Notes under the pieces: model-generated
The model's input: only the letters and a program-made list of their open reading frames with translations
What the model was told of the DNA's origin: nothing
Database searches by the model: none
NCBI GenBank assembly: GCA_016932255.1
Contig: JAFGDE010000015.1
Coordinates: forward strand, 99,506-163,505
DNA length: 64,000 bases
Source: Candidatus Saganbacteria bacterium
Lineage (GTDB): Bacteria > Margulisbacteria > WOR-1 > O2-12-FULL-45-9
Direction of reading: 5' to 3'
Translations under genes and position numbers: made by a program
In this document: in pieces, positions 19,815 through 29,462 of the stretch
How positions within the stretch are numbered: the stretch's first letter is position 1
Layout: each line of letters starts with the position of its first letter

Positions 19815-20561
19815 ATGCAATTGAAAGGTAAGGTCGCCTTAGTTACCGGCTCAGCCCAGGGTATCGGCAAAGCTATCGCCGTGGCCCTGGCCAAGGCCGG
19901 CGCTAATATCATCATTTCCGACATCAACCTGGAGCTGGCCAACAAGACCGCTGAGGAGATCAAGGCGCTGGGCGTAAAGACCATGTCGGTCAAGCTCAAT
20001 GTTGCCGACGCTACCGAGGCCGAAGAAGTGGTCAAACAGGCCAAAGAAGCCATGGGCCAGATCGATATCCTGGTCAACAATGCCGGTATCACCCGCGACA
20101 CCCTCTTTATACGAATGAAGAAAGAAGATTGGGACCTGGTGCTCAACATCAACCTGAACGGCGTTTTCAATATGTGCAAGGCGGTCGTGCCACTGATGAT
20201 GAAACAGCGTTTTGGCCGGATCATTAATATCGCTTCCATTGTCGGCGAAATGGGCAATTTCGGCCAGGCCAATTACGCCGCGTCCAAAGCCGGCGTGATC
20301 GGGCTGACCAAGACTCTGGCACGCGAGACCGCTCCGCGCGGCATCACGGTCAACGCTATCGCTCCGGGCTTTATTCAAACAGCAATGACTGATAAAATAC
20401 CAGAGGAAGTAAAACAGAAAATGATGGCACAAATCCCGATGGCCAAACTGGGCCAGCCCGAGGACGTGGCCAATGCCTGTCTCTTTCTGGCCAGCGAAGC
20501 CGCGGCTTATATTACCGGCCAGGTGATCAATGTTAACGGCGGCATGTTGATGAACACTTAG
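19815..20561 (+). CDS. fabG: 3-oxoacyl-ACP reductase
   Basis: TGSAQGIG, NNAGITRD, YAASK; SD GGAGG before ATG 19815. Confidence 0.97.
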   Translation: MQLKGKVALVTGSAQGIGKAIAVALAKAGANIIISDINLELANKTAEEIKALGVKTMSVKLNVADATEAEEVVKQAKEAMGQIDILVNNAGITRDTLFIRMKKEDWDLVLNINLNGVFNMCKAVVPLMMKQRFGRIINIASIVGEMGNFGQANYAASKAGVIGLTKTLARETAPRGITVNAIAPGFIQTAMTDKIPEEVKQKMMAQIPMAKLGQPEDVANACLFLASEAAAYITGQVINVNGGMLMNT

Positions 20562-20623
20562 TAGTCCGTAGGCTGTAGTCAGTAGCCTGTTTTCCTGCCT
20601 ATTGCCTACTGGCTACGGTCTAC
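20561..20623. repeat. Inverted heptamer-repeat element
   Basis: GTAGTCC GTAGGCT GTAGTCA GTAGCCT ... CCTATTG CCTACTG GCTACGG TCTAC. Confidence 0.55.
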
Positions 20624-20641
20624 AAAAAAGGAGGTGAAACA

Positions 20642-20887
20642 ATGGACGAGAATCAAGTTTTCGAACAGGTAAAGAAAGTTGTTGTTGAACAGCTGGGGGT
20701 CAATGAGTCCGAGATCACGCGCGAGGCTTCCTTTGTGGACGATCTGGGCGCTGATTCCCTGGATACGGTCGAGCTCGTCATGGCCCTGGAGGAATCTTTC
20801 GGCACCGAGATCCCGGATGAGGACGCTGAAAAGATCAAGACGATCGGCGACACCGTGAGCTATATCCTGTCCCATAGCAAAAAGTAA
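20642..20887 (+). CDS. acpP: Acyl carrier protein
   Basis: [18 protein letters not shown]. Confidence 0.98.
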   Translation: MDENQVFEQVKKVVVEQLGVNESEITREASFVDDLGADSLDTVELVMALEESFGTEIPDEDAEKIKTIGDTVSYILSHSKK

Positions 20888-20892
20888 TAATA

Positions 20893-21852
20893 ATGCGATT
20901 ACCGGAACTTCAAATAGCTGATCTCGTGGCCAAGGTCCCCATTATCCAGGGGGGCATGGCCGTGCGTATCTCCACCGGGGCTCTGGCTGGTGCTGTGGCC
21001 GCTGCAGGCGGCATCGGCGTCATCGGCGCTTCAGGGATGACGTTTGAGGAACTGGCAAATGAGATCCGGTTGGCCCGGGCTAAAGCCCAAGGCGGCATTA
21101 TAGGCATTAACATCATGTTCGCAGCCAGGGAATTTTGGGGGATCGTTAAAACAGCGATCAAGGAAAAAATTGACCTCGTCTTTACCGGGGCTGGTTTTTC
21201 CCGAGATATCTTCAAGGTCGGCCAAGATAACGATACCCCCATTGTTCCCATAGTTTCTTCCGCCCGCCTGGCCCAGACCTCGACCCGCTGCGGCGCAGCC
21301 GCTATCGTGGTCGAGGGCAAGGAAGCCGGCGGGCATCTGGGCACAGACCGGCCAATCCGCGAGATATTGCCCGAGGTCAGGCAGGTGACTGACCTGCCGG
21401 TCATTGCCGCCGGCGGCATAACCACCGGGGCGGATATCGTGGAGATGTTCAAGCTGGGAGCCAATGGCGTGCAGATCGCCACCAGGTTCGTCCTGTCAGA
21501 AGAATGCAACGCAGCCCTGCCCTATAAACAACGCTATCAAACTGCCAGGCAAGAGGATATCGTTACGATCTCCTCGCCTGTCGGACTGCCCGGCCGGGCG
21601 ATCAAAACTCCTTTTGTGGAAAAGATCCTGAGCAAGACAGCCCCCAAACCTGTCGGCTGTGATTTCTGCCTTAAACACTGTTCTCTGGAATACTGCATCA
21701 TCCAGGCGCTGATCAACTCTCAGAATGGGGACATCGATAACGGCGTCGTCTTTTCCGGAGAGAACGTCTGGAAGATCAAGGACAAGAGCATCAGACCGGC
21801 TGCGGAGATCGTTAAAGAACTTGCCAAAGAAGCTGAGGAGGTTCAAGTATGA
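20893..21852 (+). CDS. Nitronate monooxygenase/FabK-family flavoprotein, FabX/UfaA-like with Cys cluster
   Basis: PIIQGGMAVRIS, EAGGH, IAAGGI; C-terminal CDFCLKHCSLEYC; located in the FAS operon. Confidence 0.8.
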   Translation: MRLPELQIADLVAKVPIIQGGMAVRISTGALAGAVAAAGGIGVIGASGMTFEELANEIRLARAKAQGGIIGINIMFAAREFWGIVKTAIKEKIDLVFTGAGFSRDIFKVGQDNDTPIVPIVSSARLAQTSTRCGAAAIVVEGKEAGGHLGTDRPIREILPEVRQVTDLPVIAAGGITTGADIVEMFKLGANGVQIATRFVLSEECNAALPYKQRYQTARQEDIVTISSPVGLPGRAIKTPFVEKILSKTAPKPVGCDFCLKHCSLEYCIIQALINSQNGDIDNGVVFSGENVWKIKDKSIRPAAEIVKELAKEAEEVQV

Positions 21853-23090
21853 CTCGAGTCGTAATTACCGGCATGGGCGTTGTAAGTCCCATTGGCATCG
21901 GCCTGGAAAAATTCTGGCAGAGCCTGGCCGTCGGCCAGGGCGGGATCGGCAATATTACTGCCTTTGACGCCGGCGCTTTTTCTTCCCAGGTCGCCGGCGA
22001 AGTCAATGATTTTGATCCTAACGATTACTTTGATAAAAAAGAGGCCCGCCGCCTGGTCCGCTTCATCCAGTTCGCCGTGGCCGCCTCACAGATGGCCCTG
22101 ACGGACGCCGCTTTAACGATAGATGAGAGCAATGCCGGTGATATCGGCGTTTTGATCGGTTCCGGTATCGGCGGCATCAGTTTTCTGGAAGAACAGGCCA
22201 GGATCTTGCAGGAAAAAGGTCCGGACAAGCTCAGTCCTTTTACCGTGCCTTACATGATCACTGATATGGCTGCGGGTTACGTTTCGATCAAGACCGGGGC
22301 CAAGGGCCCAAACTCCTGCGTGGTGACGGCCTGCGCTACCGGGACTCACGCGATCGGCGACGCTTATAAGATCATTCAGCGCGGCGCAGCCAAGATGATG
22401 ATCGCCGGCGGCGCTGAAGCCTCGATCACTCCGCTGGGGGTGGGCAGTTTTTGCGCTGCCCGGGCCCTGACTACCACACATAACGCTGAACCAGCCGTGG
22501 CCAGCCGGCCTTTTGATAAGACCCGCGACGGCTTTGTCATCGGCGAAGGCGCGGGCACTGTTATCTTAGAGGACCTGGAACACGCCAGGGCCCGGGGCGC
22601 CAAGATCCACGGCGAGATCGTGGGCTACGGCATGAGCGGCGACGCCAGTCATATTACTGCCCCGGCACCCGGCGGCGAAGGCGCGGTTAGGGCCATCCGG
22701 GCTGCGTTCAAGGATGCTGATCTCGGCCCGGCCGATATCGACTATATAAATGCCCACGGTACTTCGACCGTACTGAATGATAAATATGAGACCATGGCCT
22801 TAAAAACGGCTTTTAGCGACAGGGCTAAAAATGTGCCTGTCAGTTCGACCAAATCCATGACCGGCCATCTCCTTGGGGCGACCGGCGCGGTCGAATTGAT
22901 CGCTTCCATTCTGGCCATCCACAATTCCAAGATCCCGCCAACGATCAATTATCACGAACCCGACCCAGATTGTGATCTGGACTATGTGCCGAACAAAGCC
23001 AGGGACAAGGATATCAGGACTGTGATGTCAAATTCGTTCGGTTTTGGCGGTCACAACGCCATCCTGATAGTTAAAAAGTACCAGGCATAA
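21849..23090 (+). CDS. fabF: 3-oxoacyl-ACP synthase II
   Basis: TACATG, NAHGTST, GHLLGA, NSFGFGGHN. Confidence 0.97.
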   Translation: MTRVVITGMGVVSPIGIGLEKFWQSLAVGQGGIGNITAFDAGAFSSQVAGEVNDFDPNDYFDKKEARRLVRFIQFAVAASQMALTDAALTIDESNAGDIGVLIGSGIGGISFLEEQARILQEKGPDKLSPFTVPYMITDMAAGYVSIKTGAKGPNSCVVTACATGTHAIGDAYKIIQRGAAKMMIAGGAEASITPLGVGSFCAARALTTTHNAEPAVASRPFDKTRDGFVIGEGAGTVILEDLEHARARGAKIHGEIVGYGMSGDASHITAPAPGGEGAVRAIRAAFKDADLGPADIDYINAHGTSTVLNDKYETMALKTAFSDRAKNVPVSSTKSMTGHLLGATGAVELIASILAIHNSKIPPTINYHEPDPDCDLDYVPNKARDKDIRTVMSNSFGFGGHNAILIVKKYQA

Positions 23091-23117
23091 TTCGGCCCCT
23101 GTGTTATAATAGGGCTA

Positions 23118-26100
23118 ATGAAAAAGTTCCTGAAATTATTATTTCCGGCGCTTTTGATTTTATTCTTTGCCGGTCAGGTCCCGGCCCAGCAGGGAACCTA
23201 TCCCCAACTTGATATCTCCGGTTTTAAGAAATGGGAATATAAAAAAGTTGACGTCAAGCCTTCCAGTAATTATTTTTCCGGCCTGACCCAGCTGGGCGGT
23301 TATTACCCGACCTTCACCGGCGGCCCGTGGCAGGAAAGACTCCAGTTGCGGATCATCGGCCAGCTGTCCGAGAACCTTTCTGTCACATATGATCTTGAAC
23401 AACAGCCGGAAACGCCGGACCGCTATGATGTTAAGGTCAAATATTATAACAACGAATTGACCTTTGGTGATTTCACGGCCAATTTTACCGGCAACGAGTT
23501 CGCCTCCGCCTCAAAGTTCTTGAACGGCGTGATGCTGACAGCTAAAGACGGCTGGTATGACGTCATTGCCGTGCCCTCGGCCAAGCTCAAGAGCCAAACC
23601 CAGGCCCTGACGTCGCAGACAGGCAATAATACTAAAGGCCCTTACAATCTCGGCCACGGCTCGATCGTCGAGGGTTCTGAGAGCATCGAGCTTAATGATG
23701 TTCAGCTGATCCGCAATGTCGACTATACGATCGATTATTTCGAGGGCAAGGTCACGTTCAATCGCATTCTGACCGAAGCCGATACGTTCAAATATACTTT
23801 TGAATATACCAACATTCTTGATCTGTTCTTCCCTTCCCTGTCCAAGCGTGATTTTTTCGGCTTCCAGTCGCGCTTCACGATCGATCCCGATGAATTCGGC
23901 CGGCCGCCGGTAGTGCCTGAACCTGTAATTGAATCTGCTCAGGACACTTTCCCGACCAGCGGCAGCCCGGAACCCGAAGTACTGGAGGCAGAAGCATCAG
24001 GGCAGTATCAGCTTCAGCACGTCCCGGTTGTCAATTTCTCCGAGAAACTGACATTTATGGGCACTGAATTGCGCAAGAACGAGGATTATATCATCCGCTA
24101 TACCAAAGGCGAGATCAAGCTGTTGACCCGTTTTCTGCCGACAAGCAATGAGGTCCTGGTCGTGGAATACGATTATTACGTGACCTCTGAGGAAACAGAG
24201 GCTATCCTGGGCATTGGCGCCCGCGGTCCGTATAAGTTCGCCCATAACAATATCGTGCCGGAAAGCGAGCGGATCGAGGTCGACGGCAAGCTGTTCGTCA
24301 GGGACCTGGACTATACGATAAATAATGCTAAGGGCGAGATCGCCTTTGGCGTGGTCATCGGCCCAACCTCACAGATCAAAGCCCGCTATCGCTTCAATGT
24401 ATTGGCCCTGCCGGAAACTCTTCCGTCAAAATTCCCCAAGGAGCTGATCCTTGGCATGACTTACCTCAAGGAGTCGGCAAAGAAAAGTTCCGGCACGGCA
24501 ACGACGTCGCTGATCGAAAGCGTCAGCGGCCAGGATATTATAAACAATAATTATCACATTTATCTGCAGAACCGGCCGGTCGTGCCGAGCAGTGAAGGGG
24601 GCACCCTGATCGTCAAGGTCGACGGCGTGCAGCTGACCGCTGAGGTCGATTATGCCGTGCCGAGCACAGAGGTCAATGCCGGCACCGGCGATATTGAGGT
24701 CGTGCCGCCGGCTACCCTGGCCTATATCAATGACCGCGATGACCCGACCGATGGTTACGGCACAGGCACGATCAAGATCCTTAATCCTGCGACCATCATA
24801 GCGACCAGCTCGGTCACGGTCACTTACAGTTATTCTAAGAGCATCGTCGGCAAATATTCCGGGGTGGGCGACGGGACCAGGGGCCCTTATTATCTGCGCA
24901 ACATCAGAAATATCGTACCGGGGTCAGAGACCGTCCAGGTCTGGGAACAGGGATCCTCGATCATCACGACCTATACCCGCAACTCCAGCTTTGACGCGGA
25001 TGCCGGCGCAACAGGCTATTCCATCAATTATAACGCCGACAACCCTTCGATCACTTTCAATGATGATCTGGGCACGACCAAGAACTTCCAGATCATCTAC
25101 CAGTATGTGCCGCCGAGTTCGGCCGGCAGCGACGACATCTCACAATCGGTCTTCGGTTTTGACGGCAAGTACAAGATCGGTGATATTTTCAACATCGAGA
25201 CCGCCTATGCGAAAAGCGAAACGGACCAGGTCTTTGTCGCCGAGACAAAATACGAGGATTTCTTCGGCAACGGCACCAAGAACTACGCCCTGTCCTCGCC
25301 CAAAGAGATCATTGAAGGCAGTGAAAAGATCTCCGTTAACAACAACCTGCTTAACAAGGATATCGATTATTTTATCAGCTACTCGGCGCCGGGCCAGATC
25401 ACTTTCTATTACATTACGCCGACCACTTTGGACGCGATCTCGGTCGAATACAAATACCAGTCACAGAGCGGCATCGTTGTGGGCCAAAAGGTCAAGACCG
25501 ATTCCGCCTATAAACTCTCGGCCGAGACAAAGCTGTTCGGCGACAAACTTACCATCGGCGGCAGCACCAAACAGATCGGCTTTGATTTCACGCCCATGGG
25601 CAGCACTTCTATCGGCCTGGGCTCCCGTTATAAATCATATAACGTCAAGTACCTGCCCGGCGAAGGCTGGCACGACCTGAGCACAAACTATTCATATATC
25701 GAGAACATCACGCCTATCGGCACCACCCGCGATCGTTTCCAGCGGAGTTTTGACAATTCCGTCTCGCTGGGCCTGAACCCGGCACAGGTGGCCAGGCTTG
25801 ATTTTTCTTACCGCGATTACCGCACAATGGACGACACGAACATATTGACGCCGACCCACAGCGGCGACACAAAACAGAACTCCTACGCCGTCAGCCTGAC
25901 ACCGACGGAATGGAGCTATGGCGTTCTCACCTTTAATCAGAAATATGACCTTAAGAAAACCTTTTCCGAACAGGACTCTGAGCGCGACAGCAACAATTAC
26001 CAGAAATCGACCATTGATTACTCGCATGCCAATGGCCAGCTGAAGTTCACTGACCGCGTCGGGCTGGGCTATGATTTCCAGTTTAGTGAACCGAAAACGA

Positions 26101-27218
26101 TCGCGCTTAAAAGCTCGACCATTGAAGCCACGGCCGAGGCGACAAAATCACTGACGCGCTCGATAGATAATTCCTATACCGTATCGCTTGACCTGACTCC
26201 CAGCTTTCTGGAAAAATGGACCGCGCGTGTCAGCCTGCTCGACCATAAAGGAGAGACTTTGATCAAGGAGTATGCCCCGACTTCAGAGGTCAATACCACA
26301 AAGAACGAGACCTACCACATGGACCTGGTGCCTTTCTCTCAGCTGACCATGGCCCTGGACCATAACCGCCAGGAAAGGTCAACAGTCGTTATCGGCGGGG
26401 TCAACCCCAGGACCGAACGCAGCTCGGCCAATGTGCGTTATGTGCCCTTCTCCTGGCTGTCCGGCGGCTGGAACGGCTCACAAAGCGAATCGATCCCTGA
26501 GTCCGGGGCAAATTACAAGACCACCGGCCGGGCCCACGCCTATAATGCCGGCTGGACGCCTATTTCACACAACCTGTTCAAGCTGTCCTCAACGTTCAAC
26601 CTGAGCAATACTTTGCAGACCGCCCCTTCCGGCACCCATGAAGGCATTGCGACGGAAACCAATACCTTCGGCCAGAACTACACGGTCAATATCCTGCCGC
26701 ATCCCAACGTCCCGCTGACGCTGGGTTATGCCCTGGAGAATTACCACAATAAGAACGATCATCCGGTGGCCGCCAGCAAGATAGACACCGAGACCGAGAA
26801 TTCAACCGCTAATGCCGGCATCTCATTTACTCCGATCCCGGCCTTGACGCTCAGCTCAAATTACAACATCAAGACCACCCGGGTGATCAATGATCTCAAA
26901 GTCTCGCCCGAAGCCCTCACCAAGACGGTCCTTGACAGCAAGGTTGTTTATCAGCTCTTCAGCTGGGGGACGCTTGTCTATGACCGCCAGGACGAGGATA
27001 ACCACGGCGAGGTCCAGGCCGGTTCCGTGGCCGCTCTCAATATCCTGAAAGTGACCGAGACCCTGAGCCTTAATATCACCCTGCCTGTTGATAACCCGGT
27101 GCTGTCCAGCTTTGTTTTCATCGCTTCGGTCAAATCAGTCGATTACAAGAACCGCAATAATCCTTCAGATAACTTCAAGGCGGCTTTGACCACCTTCGAA
27201 GGCAGTTTGAACTTCTGA
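23118..27218 (+). CDS. Very large outer-membrane protein with SprA-like repeated beta domains and C-terminal beta-barrel
   Basis: Signal peptide; repeated GSE.I...L.R..DY.I.Y..G.I.F units; amphipathic strands in the C-terminal half; ends FEGSLNF (beta-signal-like). Confidence 0.6.
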   Translation: MKKFLKLLFPALLILFFAGQVPAQQGTYPQLDISGFKKWEYKKVDVKPSSNYFSGLTQLGGYYPTFTGGPWQERLQLRIIGQLSENLSVTYDLEQQPETPDRYDVKVKYYNNELTFGDFTANFTGNEFASASKFLNGVMLTAKDGWYDVIAVPSAKLKSQTQALTSQTGNNTKGPYNLGHGSIVEGSESIELNDVQLIRNVDYTIDYFEGKVTFNRILTEADTFKYTFEYTNILDLFFPSLSKRDFFGFQSRFTIDPDEFGRPPVVPEPVIESAQDTFPTSGSPEPEVLEAEASGQYQLQHVPVVNFSEKLTFMGTELRKNEDYIIRYTKGEIKLLTRFLPTSNEVLVVEYDYYVTSEETEAILGIGARGPYKFAHNNIVPESERIEVDGKLFVRDLDYTINNAKGEIAFGVVIGPTSQIKARYRFNVLALPETLPSKFPKELILGMTYLKESAKKSSGTATTSLIESVSGQDIINNNYHIYLQNRPVVPSSEGGTLIVKVDGVQLTAEVDYAVPSTEVNAGTGDIEVVPPATLAYINDRDDPTDGYGTGTIKILNPATIIATSSVTVTYSYSKSIVGKYSGVGDGTRGPYYLRNIRNIVPGSETVQVWEQGSSIITTYTRNSSFDADAGATGYSINYNADNPSITFNDDLGTTKNFQIIYQYVPPSSAGSDDISQSVFGFDGKYKIGDIFNIETAYAKSETDQVFVAETKYEDFFGNGTKNYALSSPKEIIEGSEKISVNNNLLNKDIDYFISYSAPGQITFYYITPTTLDAISVEYKYQSQSGIVVGQKVKTDSAYKLSAETKLFGDKLTIGGSTKQIGFDFTPMGSTSIGLGSRYKSYNVKYLPGEGWHDLSTNYSYIENITPIGTTRDRFQRSFDNSVSLGLNPAQVARLDFSYRDYRTMDDTNILTPTHSGDTKQNSYAVSLTPTEWSYGVLTFNQKYDLKKTFSEQDSERDSNNYQKSTIDYSHANGQLKFTDRVGLGYDFQFSEPKTIALKSSTIEATAEATKSLTRSIDNSYTVSLDLTPSFLEKWTARVSLLDHKGETLIKEYAPTSEVNTTKNETYHMDLVPFSQLTMALDHNRQERSTVVIGGVNPRTERSSANVRYVPFSWLSGGWNGSQSESIPESGANYKTTGRAHAYNAGWTPISHNLFKLSSTFNLSNTLQTAPSGTHEGIATETNTFGQNYTVNILPHPNVPLTLGYALENYHNKNDHPVAASKIDTETENSTANAGISFTPIPALTLSSNYNIKTTRVINDLKVSPEALTKTVLDSKVVYQLFSWGTLVYDRQDEDNHGEVQAGSVAALNILKVTETLSLNITLPVDNPVLSSFVFIASVKSVDYKNRNNPSDNFKAALTTFEGSLNF

Positions 27219-27225
27219 GGAGAAC

Positions 27226-29418
27226 CTAGTTGAGGATTATCAGCTTGCCGCGGGCCAGCGGTTTATTGTCAGCGACTATCTGGTAGAGATAAACCCCGTT
27301 CTCTACAGGCTGACCGGAAGCCGCCCTGCCGTTCCAGGTCGGCGCGTTGGCCCCGGATTTGCCGCCGCTATCACCCGCAGCGTACGTGTTTTGCCAGACC
27401 AGCTTGCCGCTCAGATCAAAGACATATATCCTGACCTGGAAGTTGCTCGAAAGGACATAATTGAAGCTGACCTCTCCGGTCAGGCTGCGGTCAAAGGGAT
27501 TGGGCAGGCCAAATGTCAGCGGCAGGCCGGGCTGCGGCTCGACCGATTTATTGCTTGAACCGCCCGGCTGGATATCGATCACTATGCTTTCACGGCTGAT
27601 GTTGCCGATCTTATCGTAGACCGTCAACCTCAGTGTATAATCACCGTTCAGTCCAGATGTCTCCCAGCTGCCGAGTATGCCGCCCGGGACCGGAACATAC
27701 GCCTGCTTGATCGTTTCGTACGTCGTCGGGACGGCACCCTGGCCATACTCCAAGATATAACGATCGATATACTGGTCCTCAGCAGTGCCCAGGATCGTCA
27801 AAGCGCCGGCGACACTGGCGCCGTTCGCCGGATAATATATCGAGGCTTCCGGGGTCGTATTGTCGACAAAAACAGAAACCTGGGCTTCTTCCGTAGCCGA
27901 ACCAACAGAAGAAACTTCGAGCCGGATCTCATACGCGCCGTTAAGCCCGGCCGTCTCCCAGGTGCCGAGCTGCCCGCTTTCAACGCTTGCGCTAGTGCTC
28001 TCGATTGTAGCCACCAGGGCGCCTGCCTGCCTCGCTTCCAGAATATAACTGGTGAAATCCCAGCCCGCGGCCGAACCGGTCACGGCAACCTTGCCGCTGA
28101 CATATGTGTTGTCAGCCGGAGAAGTTATGCGCGCAACCACGCCTGCGATCGCCAAATAGGCGTTGACGCGTTTGCCGATCGGCTGATCGGTCGAAATAAC
28201 GTCAGCCTCAGTGGTGATCTTGTCCATTATTTCCCGAACGTTATAGGATGGGTTAGCGGCTTTGACCAAGGCAGCCAAGCCTGCCACAAAAGGCGAGGAA
28301 TATGAAGTGCCGTTGTGGGTCCCGTAAGCATTGCTGCGCTCCGTGGACCAGATACCTGTGCCTGCAGCACAGCAATCGACCCAGGTGCCATAATTGGATG
28401 CTGGGGTCTTGCCGGTGGCCGGGTCAATACCGGTCCAAATGGCGCGCTGATCGCTCGAATCGACCGCACCCACCGCCAGCACCGTTGAAAGATAGGCCGG
28501 ATAGGTCGGATCACTGACATTGCCGTTGCCTGCCGCAGCAACCAGGACGATCCCGTCGTTATACGCATCCTGACAGCGGCTTTGGAGCGAAGCATCAGCG
28601 GCATATTGGCCAAAACTCATGTTGATCACGTCAACGTTCTTGGCCCTCGCCCAAGCGATCCCCTGCAAGATGTCAGTCATATATCCGTCACCATGGCTGT
28701 CCAGCACCTTGATCGGCAGGAGCTGGCAGGCCCAATCAATGCCGGCAATACCCTTGCCGTTGTTCGTTGTCGCGCCGATAACGCCGCAGACCGTCGTGCC
28801 GTGAGAAGCTGAATGGTCATCCATCGGATCGGGCCCTTCTGGATCAACAAATCTATAGGCATCCGCCACATTAACACGGCCAACCAGGTCCTCATGGTTA
28901 TAATCGCAGCCTGTATCAAGCACGGCTACTGTTACGCTGTTAGTGCCCGTGGTCCTATCCCAGGCCAGCGGACAATCGATATTGGTCAGGCCATACTGGT
29001 CATTGGCTAAAAAACGCGGGTCGTTCGGGGTGGTAATAAAAGCATGGACGATCGAATCAGCCGCTGCGGAACGCACATTGCTGTCGCGGCGAAAATCATT
29101 TGCCACTTGTTCCGGATCTTCTGTTTCCGGGAAAATAAGGACATATTCATCGGCCAGCTCGGTCCATTCCGGCTTGATCTCCAGGGCTTTGGAGTAAAGC
29201 TGTTCGATGCGATAGATCTTGTGTTTAGTATTAAGCGCCTGGACGGAAGCAGCTGAAACATTGGCCGCTTGGACAGAAGAAGCGCTCAGGCCTTTGGGCA
29301 GGGCAACAACGCCAGGCTTGAATTTAACCATGATCCTGTCGGGAGCATATTCGGCAAAGGCCGTGGAAGCAAAAAAGAGGGGTAAAAGCAGGCCCAGGGC
29401 CCAAACTTTCCTTCGCAT
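27226..29418 (-). CDS. Secreted S8 (subtilisin-like) serine peptidase with Ig-like repeats and FlgD/T9SS-like C-terminal domain
   Basis: Catalytic triad VAVLDTG / HGTTVCG / GTSYSSP; C-terminal PNPF...IYVFDLSG...WNG...NGVYLY...GKLIILN. Confidence 0.9.
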   Translation of the reverse strand: MRRKVWALGLLLPLFFASTAFAEYAPDRIMVKFKPGVVALPKGLSASSVQAANVSAASVQALNTKHKIYRIEQLYSKALEIKPEWTELADEYVLIFPETEDPEQVANDFRRDSNVRSAAADSIVHAFITTPNDPRFLANDQYGLTNIDCPLAWDRTTGTNSVTVAVLDTGCDYNHEDLVGRVNVADAYRFVDPEGPDPMDDHSASHGTTVCGVIGATTNNGKGIAGIDWACQLLPIKVLDSHGDGYMTDILQGIAWARAKNVDVINMSFGQYAADASLQSRCQDAYNDGIVLVAAAGNGNVSDPTYPAYLSTVLAVGAVDSSDQRAIWTGIDPATGKTPASNYGTWVDCCAAGTGIWSTERSNAYGTHNGTSYSSPFVAGLAALVKAANPSYNVREIMDKITTEADVISTDQPIGKRVNAYLAIAGVVARITSPADNTYVSGKVAVTGSAAGWDFTSYILEARQAGALVATIESTSASVESGQLGTWETAGLNGAYEIRLEVSSVGSATEEAQVSVFVDNTTPEASIYYPANGASVAGALTILGTAEDQYIDRYILEYGQGAVPTTYETIKQAYVPVPGGILGSWETSGLNGDYTLRLTVYDKIGNISRESIVIDIQPGGSSNKSVEPQPGLPLTFGLPNPFDRSLTGEVSFNYVLSSNFQVRIYVFDLSGKLVWQNTYAAGDSGGKSGANAPTWNGRAASGQPVENGVYLYQIVADNKPLARGKLIILN

Positions 29419-29462
29419 GATGGTTGAAGTATATCATGGATTAGGAGTATAATAAACCCGCT

